Assembly: GCA_963788835.1 (NCBI GenBank)
Contig: CAWBIF010000004.1
Span: forward strand, 476,581 to 540,580
DNA from: an uncultured Microthrixaceae bacterium
Lineage (GTDB): Bacteria; Actinomycetota; Acidimicrobiia; Acidimicrobiales; Acidimicrobilacustridaceae
Length of the DNA stretch: 64,000 nt
Direction: 5' to 3'
Positions 12,804-26,202 of this stretch are shown here, in pieces. How positions within the stretch are numbered: the stretch's first letter is position 1; the number at the start of each line of letters is the position of its first letter. The notes beneath the pieces are model-generated. The model saw only the letters and a list, made by a program, of their open reading frames with translations. It did not search any database and was not told the origin of the DNA. Position numbers and translations under genes: made by a program.

Positions 12804-14160
12804 TCAGCCCTTCGGGACGAAGCCGCCGTCGCCCCGCACGGATCAGGCCGTCGACGGCGACCGCGGCCAGCAGGCAGAGCGCGCCCTCGGCGCTGGCCCG
12901 GAACCGGGTGGCCGCGTAGAAGAGCGCGCACGGTGGCGATCACGGTCAGCGATCGGGGCGAGCAGCGGGAAGACGGCCTCCCGCCGCCGGCGCAGCACGA
13001 CGCCTCCGGCGATCGCCAGCAGCGCCATCGGGTAGTAGGTGTAGAGCCCCCAGGTCGACACCCAGACCGTGGTGTTCTCGAGGTACACGTCGAGGTGGGC
13101 CTCCTGGCGAGGCCGGAACAGGCCGGTGATGCGGCCCACCCGGGCCGCGATGACGATCGGGATGCGGCTCTCGTGCGCCTTCATGTAGGTGAGCGCCCCG
13201 TGGAACTGGTCACGGTCGGCCGCGCCGTTGAAGGCGTACGGGCCGATGTCGTGCTGGTCGAGGATGGCCTGCCCGCAGGGGTAGTACCAGTACCCGATGA
13301 GGGGTCCCGTAGTACACCTGGTCGCAGTTCGACGTGGCCAGGGTGCCCCCGATGTTCTCGCGACAGCAGCACGGTGTGGTCGAAGCGGGCCAGGTTGAAC
13401 CCGATCCACGGGGCCAGGACCAGCACGGTCGCGCCCAGGCCGACGGCCAGGCGCCGGGCGCGGCGCCGGCCGGCGGCGCGGGGGTCAGCAGGGCCAGCGG
13501 GACGACGAGCATCAGCGGCCAGCAGGACCAGCTCGGAGCGCGAGAGCGCGGCGAAGCCGACCGCCGCACCCACCGCGGCCATCCGCCAGCGCGACGGTCG
13601 GTGCCAGTACCGGTAGGCCAGCCAGACGGCGATCAGCACGACGAGGATGACCATCGACTCGGACAGCAGCATGCCGTCGTAGCGCCACGCGTTCGGGTAG
13701 ACGGCCACGAGCAGGGCAGCCGAGGAGCCCGACCCGCTCGCCGGCGATCTCGCGCCCGGCCAGGCCGGCCACGACGACCGACGCCGCCCCGAGCAGGGTC
13801 GAGGCCAGCAGGTGCTCGGTGATGGTGCGGACGCCCGACCGCCGAGAACGCGGCCAGGTAGACGAGGTAGAGCGGCGGGTGGTCGGCCGCCTGCACCGAC
13901 TCGGTGGCGCGCGAAGGCGTAGGGGTTGATGAAGCCGTGGCCGGTGGCCAGCAGGTTGGCGCCCTGGTGGAAGTAGAGGGGGTCGCCGCCGTAGACGGTG
14001 TGCCGGCGGATGAACCAGACGTAGGCCACCCGGATGGCCAGGCCCCCGACCGCCACGGCCACGAGCAGGATCCGGAAGTGGCGACGTGAGAACGACCGCG
14101 GCCGTCGAGGTCCGCGGGTTCGGCGGGAGCGGCTTCGGCGACCGACCCCGGCTCAGCCAC
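12804..14160 (-). CDS. Second GT39/ArnT-like polytopic glycosyltransferase, many frame breaks, 3' end uncertain
   Basis: The GTG at 14160 overlaps the stop of the upstream acyltransferase (GTGGCTGA). Pieces: AVAVGGLAIRVAYVWFIRRHTVYGGDPLYFHQGANLLATGHGFINPYAF, ADHPPLYLVYLAAFSAVG, LLVAVYPNAWRYDGMLLSESMVILVVLIAVWLAYRYW, LVLAPWIGFNLARFDHTVLLS, GPLIGYWYYPCGQAILDQHDIGPYAFNG...HESRIPIVIAARVGRITGLFRP, spread over ORFs 12843..13409, 13181..14062, 13210..13569 and 13633..14160. Confidence 0.55.
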
Positions 14161-16202
14161 GCGAGTCGACGGGCAGCGGTGGCTGGCCGTTGGCGATGTC
14201 GATCAACGACTCGCCCAGCCAGGGGGCGAGCGCCAGTGCGGCGGGCTTGGTCCAGTGGATGCCGTCGGGCCGGTCGGCCGGGCTCATCTCGCCCTCGGGC
14301 AGCGTCCGCATGTGCGCCTGCGAGGTCGAGGATCATGGCCCGCGGCTTGGTGGCCACCACCTCTCGCACCAGCTGGTTGAACCGGTCCATCCGACTCGGA
14401 TCCTCCTCGGGGAACGGCCCCTTGAGCTGCTCGGTGATGCCGACGCGGATGTAGGGCTGCATCAGCCAGACCACCGTCGCCCCCTGTGCCGTCATCGTGT
14501 CGATCGCCTCGGAGATCTCGCCGCGGAGCCACTTGTCGTACACCGGATCGCCGATCGAGCGCCAGCGGTGTCGCCGGGGATCAGCCGGTCGGCGACGTCC
14601 CAGGTGCCGAACATCACCATGATCACCTGCGGGCGGATCTGCGTGATCTGCTTGGGGAAGATCGGTGGTCCAGTCGCAGTAGCCGTAGTCGGCGATGACC
14701 TGGCCGAGGTACTGGTACTCGCCGCCGCGCCCGACCGGGCACCCCAGCTTGCCGGCGTCCCACACCTGCATCCGGCCGGTGTCGGGTCCCCAGTGCACGA
14801 GCCCGTCGCCCAGCGTGAGCAGGGCCGAGTCGCCGAGCAGCAGCACCCGCGGCGCTTCGCCCGGGGCCAGCGGCACCTTCGGGACCATCGGCGCGGTGGC
14901 CACCCCGCCGACCGACACCGGGACGGGCCGGGTCGTGGTGGTCGGCGCCAGCGACGGCGGCGGCGCGGCGTGGGCTGGGCGAAGCTGATGAGGTCGGTCT
15001 GCGGCACGGCCGTCACGGCGAGACAGCGAGATCACGACGGCCGCGATCGCAGCCGCGCTGAGCATCGACGGGCGGACGCGGACCGGGAACCGTGCGCTGG
15101 CGGATGGGCACCTCGAGCAGACGGGCCGAGGCGATGGCCAGCGACCAGGGTCACGGCGAAGCGCAGCCCGAACAGCGGCCAGGGGTCGAGCCCGGTGCGC
15201 CGCGGGGTCAGCCACAGGTAGATGGGCCAGTGGAAGAGGTACACGCCGTAGCTGATGGCGCCGAGCCAGCGCAGCGGCGCGAATGGCGAGCGCCGATCGG
15301 ATGGGTCCGCGGCGGATGGCGGCCACGATGAACAGGCAGGACATGACGGCGTAGCCGGCCAGCCCGCCCTGGTAGAGCCAGAGGAGCGGCTGGGTGGTGC
15401 TCGACCCAGAGCACCAGGATCACGACCGGCGGCGACGAAGCCGGCGATCTCCCAGGCCCAGCGGGGCATCCGCAGCACGAACCCGGTGGGGTGGGCCAGC
15501 AGCCAGCGCCAGCAGCGCGCCGAGCAGCAGCTCGAGCGCTCGCGTGCCGGTGCCGTAGTAGACGCGGGACACGTCCTGGCCGGGCGAGTACAGGACCAGA
15601 ACATCGACGCCAGCGAGGCCAGCGAGCAGCAGGGCCAGCACGACGGCGACGGCGCGGCGCGAGCCCTTGAACACCTTGAAGGTCACGACCACGATCACCG
15701 GGAAGACCAGGTAGAACTGCTCCTCGATCGCGAGCGACCAGAAGTGCAGCACCGGCGACGGCGCCGCTGAAGAGCTGGGCGTAGGACTGGCCCGTCGCGA
15801 TGAAGCGCCAGTTGGCGACGTAGGCCAGCGCGGCCAGCACGTCGCCCCGCAGCGTGGCGAGCTGCCCGGGCGAGGCGACGAAGTACCCGAACAGCGACGA
15901 CGCCGAGCAGGCAGAGCAGCGACGCCGGCATCAGCCGGCGGTAGCGGCGACTCCAGAAGCCCCGGAGGCTGATCGAGCCCGCCGCTCGAGAACTCCCAGA
16001 TCAGCAGCAGGGTGATGAGGAAGCCCGAGAGGGTGAAGAAGGTCGAGACGCCGAGGAAGCCGCCCCGCGCCCACGTGAACCCGTTGTGGTAGAGCAGGAC
16101 GGCCAGCAGGGCCAGGCCCCGCAGCCCCTCGACGCCCGGCAGGAACGGGATCGTCGGGCGCTTCTCGTGCAGGCTGTCGATCACGGGGGTCGACCGGGCC
16201 AT
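14153..16202 (-). CDS. OafA-like O-acyltransferase (acyltransferase-3 membrane domain plus C-terminal SGNH/GDSL domain), many frame breaks
   Basis: ATG at 16202. N-terminus [64 protein letters not shown]. Later pieces [18 protein letters not shown] and [22 protein letters not shown] part [18 protein letters not shown]..., [10 protein letters not shown], ...[11 protein letters not shown]. The stop is read as ...PLPVDSRG* at 14155-14153. Confidence 0.7.
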
Positions 16203-16278
16203 CGAGCGCGCTCGATCGTCGCCGCGGCGCCAGTCACGGGGCGAGGTTAGTCCCGCGCCCGGGTACGGTCCTCGACAG

Positions 16279-17401
16279 GTGAACACCCGACCCGCGCCCC
16301 TCGGCTACCGCCCCGAGCTCGACGGATTGCGCGCGCTCGCCGTGTTGGCGGTGATGCTGTTCCACGCCAACGTGTCGTGGGCCAAGGGCGGTTTCCTGGG
16401 CGTCGACGTCTTCTTCGTGCTCAGCGGGTTCCTGATCACCCGGCTGCTGCTCGAGGAGCGCGAGGGACCGGCCACATCGCCCTGCTGCGCTTCTACCTCC
16501 GCCGGATCCTCCGCCTGTTCCCGGCGCTGGTCGTGGTGTCGCTGGCCGTCGCCATCTACGCGCCGATCTGGCTGCCCCACGACCAGGTGGTGCGCACGTG
16601 GCACGACGTGTTCGCCACCGCCACGTACCACATGAACTGGGTCCAGGCCCTGCACCCGCAGCCCCTGTTCGGGCTGCTCGACCACGCCTGGTCGCTCAGC
16701 ATCGAGGAGCAGTTCTACGTGATCTGGCCGATCGCTGCTCATCGTCGCCCACAAGGTCGGGGGCGTCAAGGGCGTCGGGCTGGTGGCCCTGGTCGGGGCG
16801 GCCGCGTCCGCCGGCCTCCGCGCCGGTGTTCGTGGCCCATCACGTGCCCGTGTGGCGCATCTACTACGGCCTCGACACCCACGCCGACGGCCTGCTGCTC
16901 GGGTGCGGGCTGGCCGCGCTCACCCTCCTGTGGCCGGGACTCCCCGCCAGCCTGACACGGGCGCGGTCAGCCGGTGGGTCGGGCCCGCCGCACTCGTCGG
17001 CGTCGGCCTGGCCGCTCGCAGGCGATCGGTCGCCAGCCGGGCTCTGACCAGTGGGGCTACCTCGTGTTCGTCGGCGGTGACCACCCTGCTCATCGCCGAC
17101 CTCTACGCCGGTGGGCTGACCAGCCGCCTGCTGCACCACCAGCCGCTGGTGGCCGTCGGGCGCATCTCCTACGGCCTGTACCTGTGGCACTGGCCGGTGT
17201 ACCTGGTGCTCAACGGCGGCCGGATCCACTGGGCGTTCGTCCCGCTCACGCTGCTTGCGCCTGGCCGTCAGCGGCGTTGTGGCGCTCGCCTCGTTCGTGC
17301 TCGTCGAGCAGCCCTTCCTCCGGCTCAAGGACCGCCTCGAGCCGGCGGTGCTGGCCCGTTCGCGGACAGGTGCAGAGCCGCCCGCGGCCGCCGCGGCCGA
17401 G

Positions 17402-17416
<15 letters not shown>
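16279..17416 (+). CDS. Acyltransferase family 3 membrane protein, several frame breaks
   Basis: GTG at 16279. [60 protein letters not shown], then [18 protein letters not shown]...[17 protein letters not shown] (ORF 16377..16955), then [18 protein letters not shown] (ORF 16783..17469). The end is read as ...[14 protein letters not shown]...ESGER* at 17414-17416. Divergent from the preceding acyltransferase. Confidence 0.65.
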
Positions 17417-19913
<2,497 letters not shown>

Positions 19914-19953
19914 GGACCGGCTCCAGGGCTGTGAACGGACGAAACGACTCAGG

Positions 19954-19976
19954 AAAGTTGATGGTCAGTGTATCAA
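19954..19976 (-). promoter_or_regulatory. HAIR-like (HspR operator-like) imperfect inverted repeat upstream of clpB
   Basis: Read on the minus strand: TTGATA-CACTGACCA-TCAACTTT, about 40 nt upstream of the clpB GTG. The same TTGATA-N9-TCAACTTT architecture occurs upstream of dnaK (34683-34705). Confidence 0.4.
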
Positions 19977-20257
19977 GTTTGGCGGACCCGTGAGGTCCGA
20001 CATGCGACCTCGACGACACGGTAGGCGGACGGCGCCCGACCACGACCTGAACAGGTCGCGAACATGTCCCGCCTGAAGCGGGGTAGGTCGATGGTCGGTC
20101 GCTAGCGTGGCGGGCACCGCGGCAACGGCCGCTGTGCCGCCAAGGAGGTCTGCCCACGATGGACACCCCGAGGTATCCACCTCCTCACGATTGGCTGCGC
20201 CTGCCCGCCATCCGCGACACCGACTGGGTCGAAGCCCGGTTCGGTCACAGCTGACCC

Positions 20258-21529
20258 GTGCCGGCCCCCACCCCCACCCTCACCCTGGCCGACGTCGACC
20301 GCTTCGTCGCCGCCCACGTGTTCGGCCCCTCGGCCGATCCCGACGGACTCGGCGTCGAGCTCGAGTGGCTGACCAGCCAGGGCCGCCGTGACCGCCGCCT
20401 CCCCGTCACCGAGGCCACCCGCCTCATCGACCGACTCTCGCCGCTCCCCGCCGGCAGCCTGCTCACCCTCGAGCCCGGCGGCCAGCTCGAGTTGAGCAGC
20501 GCTCCGTTCCGATCGATCGACGAGGTCTGCGCGGCGGCGACCTCCGATCTGGCCCTGCTCGACGCCGCGTGCGACGCCAGCCAGGTCGAGCTGATCGCGC
20601 TCGGCGCCGATCCGCTCCGTCCGCCCGAGCGCGTCGCCGTGGCGTCGCGGTACCAGGCGATGGAGCACTACTTCGACCAGCTCGGATCGGCCGGGCGCAC
20701 GATGATGTGCAACACCGCCGCCATCCAGGTGAACGTCGGCCTGGGCGAGCCCGACCAGGTGGCTGCGCGCTGGCGCCTGGCCAACCAGCTCGGGCCCACG
20801 CTGATCGCCTGCTTCGCCAACTCGCCGTTCGCCGGCGGGCTGCCGAGCGGATGGCAGTCGAGTCGTCTGCGCGCCTGGTGGGCGCTCGACCCGACCCGCT
20901 CGGCTCCGGTGCCGCTGCGACGTCGATCCGTCGTCGGCCTGGGCGCACTACGCGCTCGACGCCCGCGTCATGCTCATCCGTCTCGACGACGACCTGTGCC
21001 TCCCGATGAGCGAGCCCTTGAGCTTCGGCGACTGGCTCGCGCGACGGCCACGAGCTCGGGTGGCCGACCGAGGACGACCTGCGGTACCACCTCACGACGC
21101 TGTTCCCGCCGGTGCGCCCGAAGGGGTGGCTCGAGCTGCGCATGTTCGACGCGCTGCCCTCGCCCATGTGGCAGGTGGCGGTGGCCGTCACGTGCGCGGC
21201 GCTGACCGACGTCGCGCTCGGCGCCCGCGCTCGGCGAGGCGGTGGCGCCGACCGCCGACCTGTGGGTCGACGCCGCCCAGCTCGGCCTGGCCCACCCCGA
21301 CCTGGCCCGATCGGGCGTCGCCCTGTTCGACCTCGCGTTGGCCGCCCTGCGGCGCGCCCGTGTCGATCCCGACCGCATCGACCTCGTCGAGTGCTACGCC
21401 GATCGTTGGGTGCGCCGAGGGCGTTCCCCGGCCGACGACCGACTCGACGACTGGCGCCACAACGGCGACCTGTTCCCGCCCGCCGAGAGCGCGCGGTCCA
21501 CGCTGGCCACCAGCGAGCGGTCGGCGTGA
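20258..21529 (+). CDS. egtA: Glutamate-cysteine ligase family 2 protein EgtA, frame breaks in the middle third
   Basis: GTG at 20258. ...GVELEWLT...LTLEPGGQLELSS...YQAMEHYFDQLGSAGRTMMCNTAAIQVNVG..., then MLIRLDDDLCLPMSEPLSFGDWLA (ORF 20970), ...YHLTTLFPPVRPKGWLELRMFDALP (ORF 21112), and C-terminus in ORF 21242..21529. The stop overlaps the egtB start (GTGA). Confidence 0.8.
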
Positions 21530-22932
21530 CCGCGGTCGACACAACATCGACGTTCGACACCGCGGCGGTGGCCGCGGCGCTCGACCGCGCCCGCCGCCGC
21601 ACGCTCGGCCTGGTCGACAGCCTCAGCGAGGCCGAGCAGCGAGCCCAGGTGTCGCCCTTGATGTCGCCGTTCGTGTGGGACCTGGCCCACATCGGCAACT
21701 ACGAGGAGCTGTGGCTGCTGCGCGCCCTCGACGGCCGGGCGGCCATCGACCCGGCGCTCGACGACCTCTACAACGCGTTCGAGCACCCCCGCTGGGAGCG
21801 TCCCTCGCTCCCGATCCTCGGACCCGCGGAGACCCGTTCGTACCTCTCGACGGTGCGCGGCGCGCGTGCTCGACCTGCTCGCAGGGCTCGACCCGACCGA
21901 CCTCGGCGACGAGGCCGCCCGCCTGGTGGCCGACGGGTTCGTCTACGGCATGGTCCTGCAGCACGAGCACCAGCACGACGAGACCATCCTCGCCACCCAC
22001 CAGCTGCGCGGCTTCGACGCCACCCCGCCGCCCCGCTTGGCCCTCCCGACCGACGCCGCGGTCCACGACGCCGTCGACGCCACGGCCTCCGCGCCGACAT
22101 CCCCGCGCCGGGCGGCCCCTCCCATGCAGACGATCGACGGGGGACCCTTCGTCATGGGCACCTCGACCGAACCGTGGGCCTACGACAACGAGCGCCGCGC
22201 CCACGTCGTCGACCTGCCTCCCTTCCTGATCGACACGACTCCCGTCACCAACGAGGCCTACCTCGCGTTCATCGACGACGGCGGCTACGACGACGAGCGC
22301 CTGTGGCAGCCGGCCGGCTGGGCCTGGCGCACAGAGCAGGGCCTTGTCGCAGCCGCAGTTCTGGCTGCGCCGAGGGCGAGGGCGGGTGCAGCGTGCTGCG
22401 CTTCGGCCGTCAGCTCGACCTCGCGGCGCACCTCGACGAGCCGGTCCAGCACGTGTGCTGGTACGAGGCCGATGCGTTCGCCCGGTGGGCCGGCAAGCGG
22501 CTGCCGACCGAGGCCGAGTGGGAGAAGGCAGCGGTGGGTCGCCCCGACGCTCCCGACCCCGACGTCGACCGCGAGCCGTCTCGCTGGCCGTGGGGCGACG
22601 CGGCGCCCACCTCGGCGCGGGCCAACCTCGGCCAGATCAGCGACGGTCCCGCGCCGGTCACCGCCCGGCCCGACGGCGCCAGCCCGTGGGGTTGCCTGGC
22701 CATGATCGGCGACGTCTGGGAGTGGACGTCGTCGGACTTCATGCCCTATCCCGGCTTCGAGGCCTGGCCCTACCGCGAGTACTCCGAGGTCTTCTGGGGC
22801 CCCGAGTACAAGGTCCTGCGCGGCGGGTCGTGGGCCACCGATCCGGTCGCCGTGCGCGCGACGTTCCGCAACTGGGACTACCCGATCCGCCGCCAGATCT
22901 TCGCCGGCTTCCGCTGCGCCCGCGACGCCTGA
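21526..22932 (+). CDS. egtB: Hercynine oxygenase / sulfoxide synthase EgtB (DinB_2 plus FGE-sulfatase domains), frame breaks
   Basis: VTAVDTTSTFD...SPLMSPFVWDLAHIGNYEELWLL, VYGMVLQHEHQHDETIL, GGPFVMGT...AYDNERRAHVVDLPPFLIDTTPVTN, VCWYEADAFARWAGKRLPTEAEWEKAA, GDVWEWTSSDF..VLRGGSWAT. Spread over ORFs 21112..22932 and 21866..22705. Confidence 0.85.
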   Translation: MTAVDTTSTFDTAAVAAALDRARRRTLGLVDSLSEAEQRAQVSPLMSPFVWDLAHIGNYEELWLLRALDGRAAIDPALDDLYNAFEHPRWERPSLPILGPAETRSYLSTVRGARARPARRARPDRPRRRGRPPGGRRVRLRHGPAARAPARRDHPRHPPAARLRRHPAAPLGPPDRRRGPRRRRRHGLRADIPAPGGPSHADDRRGTLRHGHLDRTVGLRQRAPRPRRRPASLPDRHDSRHQRGLPRVHRRRRLRRRAPVAAGRLGLAHRAGPCRSRSSGCAEGEGGCSVLRFGRQLDLAAHLDEPVQHVCWYEADAFARWAGKRLPTEAEWEKAAVGRPDAPDPDVDREPSRWPWGDAAPTSARANLGQISDGPAPVTARPDGASPWGCLAMIGDVWEWTSSDFMPYPGFEAWPYREYSEVFWGPEYKVLRGGSWATDPVAVRATFRNWDYPIRRQIFAGFRCARDA

Positions 22933-22935
22933 GCC

Positions 22936-23712
22936 ATGTGCCGCCTGCTCGCCTACGTGGGTCCTCCGTCGCGGCCTCGACCGTCGTCACCGATCCGCCC
23001 TTCTCGCTGCTCGCCCAGTGCACCGCGGCGCGGCAGCAGACGAGCGGCTGCGAGAATCCCGACGGTTGGGGGATCGGCTGGTACGAGGGCGGACAGGCGA
23101 CGCCCCACCGCTATCGCACCACCACACCGCTCGACGCGGACGACGCCGGCCGGGCCGACCTGGCCGACATCGTCTCGGGACACTTCGTCGCCCACATCCG
23201 CCACAAGTCGCCGGGGTCGCCCACCGAGGTCGCCGGCAACGCACCCTTCGTCGATGGCCCCTGGATGTTCGCCCACAACGGCTTCGTCGAGGGATACCGC
23301 GATGGCCGCCGCGAGCAGTTGCACGCGCAGCTCAGCCCGTCACGCCGGTCGGCGTTGACCGGCGACGCCGACAGCGAGGTGATCTTCGCCCTCGTGCTCG
23401 ATCGCCTCGACGCCGGCGCATCCCCCCTCGACGCCGTGCGCGAGGTGGTCACCGGGCTCGGCGAAGGCCGGTACAACATCGTGCTCACCGACGGCGCGCA
23501 GCTGGTGGCGTGCCGTTGGGACAACTCGCTGGTCGTGCGCCGCGACCACCCGGTGGCCGGTGGGCTGGTCGATCGCCTCCGAGCCCTACGACGACGATCC
23601 GGGCTGGCAGGTCGTTCCGGATCGCTCGTTCGTGGGTATGGACGATGCCGGCCTGACGATCACCCCACCCGGTTCCCCCTTCGATGCCACCACTGCGGAG
23701 GCGCTCCCATGA
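22936..23712 (+). CDS. egtC: Class-II glutamine amidotransferase-type amidohydrolase EgtC, frame breaks
   Basis: ATG 22936 gives MCRLLAYVG (catalytic Cys2). It continues in another frame as ...[32 protein letters not shown]...[10 protein letters not shown]...[20 protein letters not shown]...DSEVIFAL. The end ...TAEALP* overlaps the egtD ATG (ATGA at 23709-23712). Confidence 0.8.
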
Positions 23713-24703
23713 CCGAACCCCACGAGTCCTCCCGAGTGCGCGTCGACGTGCTGATGGGCCCGACCGATCTCGACGACGCGCTGCGCGCCGACGTGCGACA
23801 CGGGCCTCACGTCGACGCCGAAGGAGCTGCCGCCCAAGTGGTTCTACGACGACCGCGGCTGCGAGCTGTTCGACGCAGATCACCCGCCTCCCCGAGTACT
23901 ACCCGACCGAGCGCGAGCGGGCGATCCTGCGCGCCGAGGCGGCCTCGATCGCCGAGGTGTCCCGGGCCGACACGCTGGTCGAGCTCGGCTCGGGCACGTC
24001 CGACAAGACACGGGTCCTGCTCGACGCGCTCGCCGCGGGCGGGCGCCTCGAGCGCTTCGTGCCCTTCGAGATCAGCGAGACCACGCTGCGCGCCGCGGCC
24101 GCGGCCATCGCGGAGGAGTACCCCGGCATCGACGTCCACGCCGTGGTCGGCGACTTCGAGCGCCACCTCGGCGACCTCCCCTCGGGCGGCACGCGCCTCA
24201 TCGCCTTCCTCGGCGGCACCATCGGCAACTTCGCGCCCGCCGAGCGCAAGCGCTTCCTGGCCGACCTGGCCGACACCATGAGGCCGGGCGACCACTTCCT
24301 GCTCGGCACCGACCTGGTCAAGGACGTCGACCGGCTCGAGGCCGCCTACGACGACGCGCAGGGCGTGACCGCCGAGTTCAACCTCAACGTGCTGCACGTG
24401 GTCAACCGCGAGCTCGACGCCGACTTCGACGTCGACGCGCTTCGCCCACGTGGCCCGCTTCGACCGTGACGAGGAGTGGATCGAGATGCGGCTGCGTGTC
24501 GCTGGCCGACCAGAAGGTCGACGATCGGCGCCCTGCACCTCGACGTCGAGTTCGCCGAGGGCGAGGAGATGCGCACCGAGATCAGCGCCAAGTTCCGTCG
24601 ACCCGGCATCGAGGCCGAGCTGGCCGGCGCCGGCCTGCGCCTCGAGCGCTGGATGACCGACCCCGACGGGGACTTCGCCCTCAGCCTGTCGGTGCGCGAG
24701 TAG
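23709..24703 (+). CDS. egtD: Histidine N-alpha-methyltransferase EgtD, frame breaks
   Basis: [14 protein letters not shown]..., then [51 protein letters not shown]...[19 protein letters not shown]...[10 protein letters not shown]...[24 protein letters not shown] (ORF 23684..24469) and ...[20 protein letters not shown]...[14 protein letters not shown] (ORF 24476..24703). Confidence 0.85.
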
Positions 24704-24714
24704 CACTCGCCCAC

Positions 24715-24731
24715 CGAGGGGCGACCCCTCG
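24715..24731. terminator. GC-rich hairpin between convergent egtD and the SRPBCC gene
   Basis: CGAGGGG-cga-CCCCTCG: a 7-bp perfect stem and 3-nt loop, 12 nt after the egtD stop and about 20 nt after the stop of the opposing gene. Confidence 0.5.
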
Positions 24732-24752
24732 CCTACATGCGTCGATCTCCGC

Positions 24753-25217
24753 CTATCCCTCGGGCCGCTGCTCGACCTCGGCCTTGATGCGCTCGAGGGT
24801 GGTGCGCATGCCGTTGCGGTTGGTCTTGCCGCGCGCCCATCCGAGCAACGCCCAGTAGAGGCGCAGCCCCAGGGTCGGCTTCAGCGCGAACGACTCGGTG
24901 ACGTCGGTACCGTCGCCCGACGGCTCGAGCCGGTAGCTCCAGACGTTGAGCGGCGTCGCGCCGTTGCCCACCCCGAAGGCGAACTCGCGGCCGGGCTCGC
25001 TGGCCGTCACCGTGCAGGTCGTCCAGTAGATCGGGCCCTTGCCGTTGCGCTTGACGTGGCCGCGGAACTGGGCCCCGACCGCGGGTCCGGTGGCGGGTTC
25101 GACCCATACCGCCTCGAAGGTCTCGGGGCTGTAGCGGCCGATCTTGGTGACGTCGCTCACCAGATCCCACACCTGGTCGGGGGGTGCGTCCATGTGAACC
25201 GTCACCGAGTCGTGCAT
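24753..25217 (-). CDS. SRPBCC-superfamily (polyketide cyclase/dehydrase-like) protein
   Basis: Intact 154-aa ORF: MHDSVTVHMDAPPDQVWDLVSDVTKIGRYSPE...; length and N-terminal pattern are typical of the family. Confidence 0.75.
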   Translation of the reverse strand: MHDSVTVHMDAPPDQVWDLVSDVTKIGRYSPETFEAVWVEPATGPAVGAQFRGHVKRNGKGPIYWTTCTVTASEPGREFAFGVGNGATPLNVWSYRLEPSGDGTDVTESFALKPTLGLRLYWALLGWARGKTNRNGMRTTLERIKAEVEQRPEG

Positions 25218-25249
25218 GCGGTCACCCTATGGCTGATCGGGTCGCCCGC

Positions 25250-26068
25250 TCAGCGCTGCTTGCCCAGGCGGGCACCGTGGATCGACATACCCCCGTCGAT
25301 GCAGATCGTCTGGCCGGTGATGTAGCGGGCCTGCGGCGAGACGAGGAAGGACACGAGGTCGGCGACGTCCTGGGGCTCGCCCACGTAGGGCGTCAGCAGG
25401 TTGGACGAGTAGGCCTCGAGCAGGGCCGGCGGGATCTGGGCCCGCACGGGGTCGGTCAGGATCAGACCCGGCATGATGGCGTTGACGCGCACACCCTGGC
25501 GCCCGTACTGCGTGGCGACGTACTTCGTGAACGTGGTGATGGCCGACTTCGACACGCTGTAGGCGGTGCGCGTCAGGTCGCCGCTCATCGCCGCGCCCGA
25601 CGACATGTTGATGACCGCCGCCCCCGCCGCGCTCGACCATGTGCGGGATGGCGTGCTTGCACGTGAGCATCTGGCTGCGCAGGTTGACCGACATCATCTG
25701 GTCCCAGACCTCGACGGTCATGTCGACGACCGCCTGGTCCTGCGCCAGGACCGCGGCCGCGGTCAGCGCCGCGTTGTTGTCGAGGATGTCGATCCCGCCG
25801 AAGCGGTCGACGGTGGTGCGGATCATGGCGACCACCTCGTCCTCGTCGTCGAGGTCGACCGGCACCGCCGCCGCCTCGCCCCCCATCGCCTCGATCTCGT
25901 CGGCCACGCGGATGGCTCCCACCTCGTCGAGGTCGGCCACCGCGACCTGCGCCCCCTCGCCGGCGAGCTCGAGGCCACCGCCCGGCCGATGCCCCCTGCG
26001 CCGCCGGTGACGATGGCGACCTGGCCGGCGAATCGCCGGTCGTCGGTGAGCGGGGCGGGCAGCGTCAT
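25250..26068 (-). CDS. Short-chain dehydrogenase/reductase (SDR), frame breaks
   Basis: ATG at 26068. ...FAGQVAIVTGGAGGIGRA (TGxxxGxG), ...GGIDILDNNAAL (NNAG-like), ...SSGAAMSGDLTRTAYSVSKSAI (S...YxxxK), ...ITGQTICIDGGMS. Pieces in ORFs 25823..27088 (tail), 25227..26204 and 25250..25606. Confidence 0.8.
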
Positions 26069-26202
26069 GGGCGCCGAGCGTACCGGTCGCCAATCCCGGC
26101 CACCGTTGGCGGTCGCGGCCGGACGACCCGTAGGCTGAACGCACCTCGAGCGGGCGGGCTCGAGGCTTCGACACACCACGGTCACAGGGGGAACGCGTCG
26201 AC

